The translations under genes and the position numbers were made by a program. A DNA stretch of 64,000 bases. Origin: an uncultured Chloroflexia bacterium (GTDB lineage: Bacteria > Chloroflexota > Limnocylindria > Limnocylindrales > CSP1-4). Below the pieces are notes generated by a model. It had not been told where the DNA came from. It saw nothing but the letters and a program-made list of their open reading frames with translations, and searched no databases. Position 1 is the stretch's first letter; every line of letters begins with the position of its first letter. Below, piece by piece: positions 57,072 through 64,000 of this stretch. The DNA is taken from contig OY970218.1 in the NCBI GenBank assembly GCA_963713975.1, forward strand, positions 1,760,001 through 1,824,000, written 5' to 3'.

Positions 57072-58066
57072 GCACACTTGGCGACCGCTATGTCTGGGCC
57101 GTCCTGCGGGCAGTCCCGGAGGCCCGGCGAGACGACCTGGAGCCGGAGATCCGGGCCCTGGTTGCCGACTCCGTGGATGCCCGCGGGGCCGCAGGCGTCG
57201 AGCCCGCCGAAGCCGAGCGCGCCGCCATCATGGATCTGGGCGATCCCGAGCGGCTGGCCGCGCGCTACACGGACACGTCGCTGTTTCTCATCGGCCCGAG
57301 GTACTTCACGGAGTGGAAGCGCCTGCTGAGCCTGCTGCTGACGACCGTCGTACCGATCGTCGCCATCGCCGTCGCGGGCGCCACCCTCCTCGGCCACATG
57401 GATGATCCGGGCGGCGCGGGCATTGCGGAGGCGGTGTGGAGCGCCATCGGCACGGGCCTGACGACCGGGATCATGGTGACCTTCTGGGTGACCGTGGGGT
57501 TCGCGATCGCCGAGCGCAAGTCGGCCCCCGACCTCGACGAGGGACTCGCCTGGTCCCCGGACAGGCTGCCCCACGTCCCGGAAGGCCGCTCGACCGAGAG
57601 CCTCGTGGGCATCGGCTTCTCGATCGCCGCGCTGGCCCTGGCTGTTGCCGCGCTCGTCTGGCAGCAGGCCACGGCGCCGATCGCGATCGACGATGCCTCG
57701 TACATGCTGTTCAACCCGGACCTGTGGTCGTTCTGGCTGCCGTATTTCGTGGGCCTCCTTGGCCTGGAGATCCTGTTCCACGTCGTGCTCTACGCGCGGG
57801 GCGGCTGGACGTGGGCGTTCGCCGTCCTCAACGCGGCCCTCAACCTGGCCTTCCTGGTCCCGGCGCTCTGGCTCTGGTCGGAGGGGCGGCTGTTGGACGC
57901 CGGCCTGGTCGCGGCACTTGACGGTATGGGGTTGACCGAGGTCCTTCGTTCGACAGGCGTCGTAATCGCGATCCTGATCGTCGTAACCGCCGGCTGGGAT
58001 GTCGTGGATGGCTTCCGCAAGGCCGCCCGGGCAGGCCGCTCGAGGCGCCACGACGCAGCCGGCTAG
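57068..58066 (+). CDS. PadR-associated membrane protein (HAAS / permease-prefix domain)
   Basis: DRYV.AV...PE..R.D...EIR....D...LGDP..LA..Y, LIGP.YF..W; multiple TMs; ATGA overlap. Confidence 0.85.
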   Translation: MSTLGDRYVWAVLRAVPEARRDDLEPEIRALVADSVDARGAAGVEPAEAERAAIMDLGDPERLAARYTDTSLFLIGPRYFTEWKRLLSLLLTTVVPIVAIAVAGATLLGHMDDPGGAGIAEAVWSAIGTGLTTGIMVTFWVTVGFAIAERKSAPDLDEGLAWSPDRLPHVPEGRSTESLVGIGFSIAALALAVAALVWQQATAPIAIDDASYMLFNPDLWSFWLPYFVGLLGLEILFHVVLYARGGWTWAFAVLNAALNLAFLVPALWLWSEGRLLDAGLVAALDGMGLTEVLRSTGVVIAILIVVTAGWDVVDGFRKAARAGRSRRHDAAG

Positions 58067-58159
58067 GGGCGGGACTCCTCGCAGGGGGCGGGCCGCGGCC
58101 GGGTCGGGTCGCCGCCGGGTCGGGTCGCCGCGTGGCGCCCGACCGGCCGGACGGGCGGG

Positions 58160-58708
58160 CTATCCCTCGCGGACCTCGGCGGTGACCTTGACGTCGCCCG
58201 CCTTCTCGAAGGTCAGCGTGATCTCGATCTTCTGGCCGGCCTCCAGCGGTTGGGTCAACCCGATCAGCATGATGTGGTAGCTGCCGGGCTTGAGCTCCAC
58301 GGAGCCGCCCGCCGGGATCTCCAGGCGGTCGATCTTCTGCATGCCCATCATCGTGGAGCCCGTGCCCATGCCGTCGTCGGAGGCCATCGGGGACTCCATG
58401 GCGCCCATGCCGTCGTCGGACGCCATCGGCATCTCGGACGCCGCAGGCATCTCGACCGTCTCGTGGACCTCCACGGCCTTGGCGACCGGGCTGGAGCCGC
58501 CGACGAGCGCGTCGGCCTCGGAGCCTGTGTTCTCGATGACCATGTAGGCGGCCCCGGCGCCCGACACCATCGGCGAGGTGCGCGCCCACGGGTCGGAGAC
58601 CTTGATGCCGCCGGACCCGCCACCCGAGCAGGCCGCGAGGAGCAGCGCGATGACGACGACGGGTGCGAGACGCACGAGCGCGCGGCGGGTCCGGGACGGG
58701 GTGTGCAT
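58160..58708 (-). CDS. Copper chaperone PCu(A)C lipoprotein
   Basis: Lipobox LAAC; DPWAR, AAYM.I.N, EVHET...M, LKPGSYHIML. Confidence 0.93.
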   Translation of the reverse strand: MHTPSRTRRALVRLAPVVVIALLLAACSGGGSGGIKVSDPWARTSPMVSGAGAAYMVIENTGSEADALVGGSSPVAKAVEVHETVEMPAASEMPMASDDGMGAMESPMASDDGMGTGSTMMGMQKIDRLEIPAGGSVELKPGSYHIMLIGLTQPLEAGQKIEITLTFEKAGDVKVTAEVREG

Positions 58709-58743
58709 GACGGGTTCTCCCTCGTGGTTGACGGTGGGTCTGA

Positions 58744-59397
58744 TTAGGGACCGGCGACCTCGCGCAGCCGGTCTGCGATGAGATCGGTGCCGGCGCCAAA
58801 GAAGATGTGATGGCGGAGCTGCCCTTGCGCATCGATGAGATAGGCGTCCGTGGAGTGGGCCATGGCGTAGCCGCTGGCCGAGTCGGAAGGCAGATGCCGG
58901 TAGGTCACGCCCCAGTCGGCAGCGGTTTCGGCGATCTGGTCCGCCGTGCCGGTGAGACCGACGTAGTCGGCCCCGTAGTAGTCCACGTACTGCTTCATCG
59001 CAGCCGCGTCGTCGCGCTCCGGATCGATCGTGACGAAGACCACCCGCGCGTCAATGCCAGCCTCCTTGATCCCGGCGCGGAGGTCAGCAAGGGTGGTCGG
59101 ACAGACGTCTGGACAGTGGGTATAGCCGAAGTAAAGGAAGACGGGGCTGCCACGAAGACCGGCCAGGTCGAATGGCCTGCCGTCCTGATCGGTGAGTTGG
59201 AGGGCGGGTGCGGGACGCGGCGGGTCGTAGGCGGTATCCCGGTTGCCCAGCGGCATCTGGGTGATGGCCTCGACCATCACGGGGCTCGGTGCCGCGCCTT
59301 CACCGGGACCGACGCAGGCAGCCGCGATGAAGACCATGGCGAACGCCACGGCAAGGGACCGGGGAAGGTGTCCGGCCACGCGGCCGGGGGTGGACAT
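58744..59397 (-). CDS. SCO1/SenC family copper-binding lipoprotein
   Basis: FGYTHCPDVCP, TIDPERD, AHS..YLID. Confidence 0.95.
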   Translation of the reverse strand: MSTPGRVAGHLPRSLAVAFAMVFIAAACVGPGEGAAPSPVMVEAITQMPLGNRDTAYDPPRPAPALQLTDQDGRPFDLAGLRGSPVFLYFGYTHCPDVCPTTLADLRAGIKEAGIDARVVFVTIDPERDDAAAMKQYVDYYGADYVGLTGTADQIAETAADWGVTYRHLPSDSASGYAMAHSTDAYLIDAQGQLRHHIFFGAGTDLIADRLREVAGP

Positions 59398-59500
59398 CGT
59401 GATATGGCTCCGGGGCTGGGGAGAGGCGCGGGGCCCGTGCGCGGGCCGGGCGTGCCGGGCGGGACCGCTGTCGGGACCCGGTCGGGTCGGGCGGTCTGGG

Positions 59501-60160
59501 TCAGGCGGCCACGGCGATGGGTGGTGCCCGCTCAACGTCCCGGCGCAGGAGAATCCAGCGGTGTGCGATCAGGGCCGCCACCAGGGACCAGCGACCATGC
59601 GGGACCTGGGCGCCCGAAGGACGGTGGCGGATGGCGGCGCGTGCGGCCAGCAGACGCCCGACGAGGACGTCGCGGTGCCACTGCAGCCAGCCTCCCGCCG
59701 CAGCCAGGAGGCCGGTGACGACCACCAGCACGGGGATCGCGAGCGGGTACCCGGGGCCCGTGAGCGCCCATAGGCCGGGCGCGGCGCTGCCGGCCAGGAG
59801 GTGTTCGGCGTTCTCCTGCAGGACGAAGGCTCCAGCGACCGCGAACAGCAGGCGCGGCCAGAGCCGGAAGACCTCGGCCACGTAGCGCGGTTGCCCGGGG
59901 GCCGTTGGGGCCGCAGGCAGCCCGCGAACGCGGCCGCGGAGGCGCACCAGAGCGGTGGCGGCGGCACCCAGCGCGACGCCCGCCACGAGCAGGGCCAACA
60001 CGATGAACGCGGGCCAGTAGCCGTGAGCCGTCCCGGCAAGGGCGGTGTCGCGGTCGGGCCCCAGGCCGTACTGGACACCGAAGACGGCATCGTGCGCAAC
60101 CAGCACGCCCACGATGGCGAGCGCGGGGAACCGGAGCCGCTCCAGGCGAGACTGCATCAC
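59501..60160 (-). CDS. Hypothetical His-containing membrane protein
   Basis: AHD, AHGYW, QENAEH motifs; 4 TMs; C-terminal RAPP; upstream of SCO/PCuAC. Confidence 0.7.
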   Translation of the reverse strand: MMQSRLERLRFPALAIVGVLVAHDAVFGVQYGLGPDRDTALAGTAHGYWPAFIVLALLVAGVALGAAATALVRLRGRVRGLPAAPTAPGQPRYVAEVFRLWPRLLFAVAGAFVLQENAEHLLAGSAAPGLWALTGPGYPLAIPVLVVVTGLLAAAGGWLQWHRDVLVGRLLAARAAIRHRPSGAQVPHGRWSLVAALIAHRWILLRRDVERAPPIAVAA

Positions 60161-60255
60161 CCGGTCAGCGTACGTGATGCGGTTCGATGACGCCCCGTTG
60201 AGCGGACCTGCCGACGAGTCGCGCAGGGATCAGGGGCGGAACCTCACAGCGAGCC

Positions 60256-61047
60256 TCAGGCCGCGACGGGTGCCATCGGCTGCCGCCCTCCCTCGCCGGT
60301 CCGGCCTCGCACGAACGCCCTGATCACGAGGGCACCGACGACCACGACCCCCAGCAGCGCGGCCCCCGCGACGACCGGCGTTCCGGCCTCCTTGATGACC
60401 ACGCCGGCGTACGCCCACGCGATCACGAGGCCGTAGGCGACGTCACGAAAGCGGACCACGAAGGTTGCCGCGATGGCCACGCCCACCAGCAGCACGGCGG
60501 CGCCGATGAGCGCGGGATCGATGCCGAACCCCGTGAAGCCAAGTGCCGAGCCCGCCTGCGCGATGTTCGCGATCGTCGCGACCGTGATCCAGCCCAGGTA
60601 CACGGACCACGGAGCACGGACCGTCCAGTAGCGAGTCCCGTGGAGGGCGTCCCGGTGGGCCCACAACCGGAGATGGATGGCGATCAGGGTCAGGAGGAGG
60701 CCCACCATGACGGGGACCGTGAGCGCGAAGGCCTCGTACTGGAACAGCAGGAGCCAGACGGTGTTGAGCACGCCGGACAGCGCGGGCAGCCAGCCCAACG
60801 TTCGTGCCGTCCTGTCCTCGCGATTGCGCGGCAGCGACTGCCACACGGTGAACACGCCAAGCAGCACGTAGATCAGGCCCCAGATCGCGAACACGTAGCC
60901 TGCTGGGATCACGTAGACGGAGAAGCGGTCACTGATCTCGGCCGTGCGCAGGCCGTTGATCGGCAGGGCGTTGGCCGCGATGTTGGAGACCATGACGGCC
61001 AGGAAGGCCAAAACGGTCGCGACCTGGCGAAGGATGTCGGGGCGCAT
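60256..61047 (-). CDS. Tryptophan-rich sensory (TspO-like) membrane protein
   Basis: PAGYVFAIWGLIY, LN..W, SVYLGWITVATIAN. Confidence 0.8.
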   Translation of the reverse strand: MRPDILRQVATVLAFLAVMVSNIAANALPINGLRTAEISDRFSVYVIPAGYVFAIWGLIYVLLGVFTVWQSLPRNREDRTARTLGWLPALSGVLNTVWLLLFQYEAFALTVPVMVGLLLTLIAIHLRLWAHRDALHGTRYWTVRAPWSVYLGWITVATIANIAQAGSALGFTGFGIDPALIGAAVLLVGVAIAATFVVRFRDVAYGLVIAWAYAGVVIKEAGTPVVAGAALLGVVVVGALVIRAFVRGRTGEGGRQPMAPVAA

Positions 61048-61116
61048 CGGGTACCTCTCGGGAAGGGTGATGTACCCATCATTCGTGCGAGGCCACCTGG
61101 CGGATGGCTGCCGGCG

Positions 61117-61911
61117 TCAGTCCCAGCGGAACCGGCGCGCCGCGAGGCCCGCGAACAGCACCGCCCAGGCGGCGAGGAGGACCAGCGATTCCGTCGCGTC
61201 GCCGCCAGCATCCCCACCGAGCCCGACGGTCAGCACGTTGGTCAGGAGCGCCGGCGGCAGGACTGCCGCGATGGCGGCCACGGGACCCGGCAGCCGGTCC
61301 AGCGGCACCACGATCCCGCCCAGGACGAGCGACAGCAGGAAGAGCAGGTTGGCGAGCGCCAGGGTCGCCTCCGCCCGGAGCGTGCCCGCCATCAAAAGCC
61401 CGAGGCCGGCAAAGCAGATGGTGCCCACGAGCAGCCCGGCGACGACCAGCGGCCCGGACGCGCCCGGACTGGCGGCCCAACCGAGGGGCAGGACCGCGAG
61501 CGCGAGCAGCAGCATCACCTGCACGAGCTCGACCGCGATCACCGAGCCTGTCTTGGCCGCGACCAGCACGGACGAGCCGGCGGGACTGCCCCCGAGACGC
61601 TTGATGACGCCATAAGCCCGCTCGTATCCCGTGGAGATCGCCAGCGACACGAGCGATGCCGCGATGACCGCGAGGGCCATCGAGCCCGGCAGGACGGTGT
61701 CGACCGAACGGCCGCTGCCACCCGCGCTGCCCATGTCGAAGGCGCTGAACACGAGCAGCACGCCCGCAGGGATCACGAAGGTGATCAGGAGGCCCTCGCC
61801 GCGGCGCAGGACCAGGCGCAATTCGTAGAGCGTGAGCGCGATCGCCATCTGTGGCCACGATGCGCGCCGAGCGGGCGTGCCCGCGCCCAGGGGCAGCGTG
61901 CCGTTGCTCAT
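61117..61911 (-). CDS. ABC-2 type exporter permease
   Basis: LRRGE, AISTGYER.YG..KRLG.SP, GTLRAEATLA.AN. Confidence 0.9.
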   Translation of the reverse strand: MSNGTLPLGAGTPARRASWPQMAIALTLYELRLVLRRGEGLLITFVIPAGVLLVFSAFDMGSAGGSGRSVDTVLPGSMALAVIAASLVSLAISTGYERAYGVIKRLGGSPAGSSVLVAAKTGSVIAVELVQVMLLLALAVLPLGWAASPGASGPLVVAGLLVGTICFAGLGLLMAGTLRAEATLALANLLFLLSLVLGGIVVPLDRLPGPVAAIAAVLPPALLTNVLTVGLGGDAGGDATESLVLLAAWAVLFAGLAARRFRWD

Positions 61912-62984
61912 GCCACTCCCTCAGCCTCGGCGGCGACGTCGGTCCCCACGAGCTCGAGGTATCGCTCCTCGAGGCTCGCCGCACCGAGGCGGAGCTCGGT
62001 GATCAGCAGGCCCCGCTCCGCACACCAGGCTGCCAGCGCGGCCACGAGCCGCGGGTCAGGGGCTGCCGACAGTCCCGTGAGCTCGTAGTGGGCCCCGGGC
62101 CCCGCCGCTACGACGGCCGCGCTCGAGCCGGGCCCCGCGCCCGTGAGGGCCGCGCCGCCCGCCGCTCGGCCGCCCGTCGTGACCGCTACCACCAGCGATG
62201 CCCCGTCCTCGCCGGCCAGCGGTGCCGAGAGCCGGAAGCGGACGCGGGGCGATCCGGCGCCGGTGAGCTCCGCCGGGGTCCCGTAGGCCACGACCCGGCC
62301 CCGGTCCAGCACCGCGACGTGGTCCGCCAGCCGCTCCACGTCGCCCAGCTCGTGCGTCGTGAGCAGGATCGTGGTCCCGGCGGCGCGAAGGGCCGCGATC
62401 CGCTCCCGCGTCGCCTGCTTGGCAGCTGGATCCATGCCTGCCGTGGGCTCGTCGAGGACGAGGAGCTCCGGCCGCCCGATGAGCGCCATGGCCAGCGCCA
62501 GACGCTGCTTCTCGCCACCGGACAGGCGCCGGTAGCGGGTCGTCGCCGCCTGCCCCAGGTCCACCATCTCGAGCAGCCGGTCCGGGTCTTCCGGGTCGCG
62601 ATAGAAGCGCGCGTAGAGCCGCAGGGCCTCACGGGGGGTCGTGCGCGAATCGACGCCGCCCTCCTGGAGCATCAGGCCGATCCGTGGCCGCAACTGCCTG
62701 CCGTCCTTCGCAGGATCGAGGCCCAGCACCCGCACCGTGCCGCCGTCCACGTGGCGGTAGCCCTCGAGGATCTCCACCGTGGTCGTCTTGCCCGCTCCGT
62801 TCGGGCCCAGGAGCGCGAACAGCTCGCCGCGCTGGACCTCGAAGCTGACCCCTGACAGGATCTCGCGCCGGCCGTACCGCTTCCGGATGTCCGTGGCGAC
62901 GACGGCCGCCCCGGAGCCCGGTGCCCCCCCGGACCGGGATGACCTGTCCGTCCCGATCGCGTCCTCGGCGATCGAGGTCGTCAC
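61908..62984 (-). CDS. ABC-2 exporter ATP-binding protein
   Basis: GPNGAGKTT, LSGGEKQR, LDEPTAGMDP, TTH; GTGA overlap with the TlpA gene. Confidence 0.93.
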   Translation of the reverse strand: MTTSIAEDAIGTDRSSRSGGAPGSGAAVVATDIRKRYGRREILSGVSFEVQRGELFALLGPNGAGKTTTVEILEGYRHVDGGTVRVLGLDPAKDGRQLRPRIGLMLQEGGVDSRTTPREALRLYARFYRDPEDPDRLLEMVDLGQAATTRYRRLSGGEKQRLALAMALIGRPELLVLDEPTAGMDPAAKQATRERIAALRAAGTTILLTTHELGDVERLADHVAVLDRGRVVAYGTPAELTGAGSPRVRFRLSAPLAGEDGASLVVAVTTGGRAAGGAALTGAGPGSSAAVVAAGPGAHYELTGLSAAPDPRLVAALAAWCAERGLLITELRLGAASLEERYLELVGTDVAAEAEGVA

Positions 62985-63457
62985 GGCTTGATCTTGGCGT
63001 ACTGGGCGGCGAAGTCCTCCGGCCGCACCTGGCCGATCTGGATGCCGCGCACGATCCCGTCCTTGTCGATGAAGTACGTCTGCGGTGGCGCCGCCACTCG
63101 CCACGCGGCCGCACTCGCACCGTCGGGATCGGTGATCGTGGGCCACGCTGCCCCGGCGTCCGAGACGAACTGCTGGGCCATGGCCGCCTCGTCCTTGTAG
63201 AGCACTCCGATCATCGCCAGGTCGTCGGTTGGGCCAAGCGCTGCCAGCTGCTCATTGAACAGCGGGAACTCCTCGCGACAGGGCGTGCACCAGGAGGCCC
63301 AGAAGTTGACGACCACGGGCCGGCCGCGATAGGTGGACAGGTCCACCGTGGAGCCGTCGAGCGCTGTCCCGACGAGCGGGGGAGCGGGCTGCCCGACCCG
63401 TGCTTCCGTGGAACTGCCGCCGCAGCCGGCGACGACGAGCATGAGCAGGGCGAACAC
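62981..63457 (-). CDS. TlpA/ResA/CcmG family disulfide reductase lipoprotein
   Basis: Lipobox VAGC; VVNFWASWCTPCREE; P.TYFID; start uncertain. Confidence 0.92.
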   Translation of the reverse strand: MFALLMLVVAGCGGSSTEARVGQPAPPLVGTALDGSTVDLSTYRGRPVVVNFWASWCTPCREEFPLFNEQLAALGPTDDLAMIGVLYKDEAAMAQQFVSDAGAAWPTITDPDGASAAAWRVAAPPQTYFIDKDGIVRGIQIGQVRPEDFAAQYAKIKP

Positions 63458-63523
63458 GGCGAGGGCCAGGGACCGGGTGCGGACGGCGCGGCTGATGGAC
63501 GTGCCTCGTGGGGCCGTCAGCAG

Positions 63524-64000
63524 CTACTGGGCCGTGATGGTCCCCGTCATGTTGGGATGCACCGAGCAGACGAAGGGGTACTGCCCGGCGGGAAGGGCCG
63601 GCACATCGTAGACCACAACCGCGACGCCCGTGAGCAGCTCGCCCCTGAACAGCTCGGCGCCGCCGGCGTCCTTGATCACCACATCGTGCGGGATGCCCTG
63701 GTCGCGGTTGTCGAGCGCCAGGGTGAACGGGACACCGGCCGGCACGGTGATCGAGCTCTCCACCCACGTGATGTTCTCGGCGACCACGACCGCGTCCGCC
63801 GCGATGGCGGCCGTTGGGGCGGCGGACGGTGCACCGGCGGCTCCACCCGGCGCGGCGCTGGAGCCCGGCGCGGCGCTGGCCGTGGCCGTGTCGTCACCGG
63901 TGCCGGACAGGAGCCCGGATCCGACCAGCACGGCACCGACGACGATCAGCCCCAGCGCGAAGAACGTCGCCTTGGGCCAGGCGGGCGGGCCGCCGAGGTC
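63524..64000 (-). CDS. Membrane-anchored cupredoxin-domain protein (5' end outside window)
   Basis: TM, Ala/Pro linker, PHD...CSVHPNM type-1 Cu ligands; frame open to the window edge. Confidence 0.88.
   Translation of the reverse strand, partial: DLGGPPAWPKATFFALGLIVVGAVLVGSGLLSGTGDDTATASAAPGSSAAPGGAAGAPSAAPTAAIAADAVVVAENITWVESSITVPAGVPFTLALDNRDQGIPHDVVIKDAGGAELFRGELLTGVAVVVYDVPALPAGQYPFVCSVHPNMTGTITAQ

Overview
Very GC-rich bacterial chromosomal window. Gene content and protein style suggest Chloroflexota (possibly Limnocylindria-like); this is inference only. Core-type content: a partial WYL regulator, an amino-acid ABC transporter, an HTH-GAF-GGDEF diguanylate cyclase, thiN, bcp, a GH25 muramidase, an FMN-riboswitch-controlled ABC importer (RibXY-like), tRNA-Lys(TTT), tRNA-fMet and a copper/cytochrome-maturation region (PCuAC, SCO, TlpA, cupredoxin). 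A six-gene split cytochrome b6-type Rieske/cyt b operon (15970-22430) also encodes a DsrL/GltD-like NAD(P) flavo-FeS protein, a cytochrome c-cupredoxin fusion and a membrane-anchored Kelch propeller. About 37.2-51 kb is an accessory, partly decayed region: an orphan antitoxin with a toxin stub, a phage HNH/holin/amidase remnant with exported-protein cargo, and frameshifted genes. The most notable signals are non-coding: a ~313-nt multi-branched structured RNA at 23301-23613 (minus strand) resembling the raiA motif RNA, two candidate small RNAs with C-rich anti-Shine-Dalgarno-like loops (1880-1962, 13033-13087), and a promoter-driven long hairpin at 10377-10485. All family assignments come from motif recognition by eye; no searches were run.
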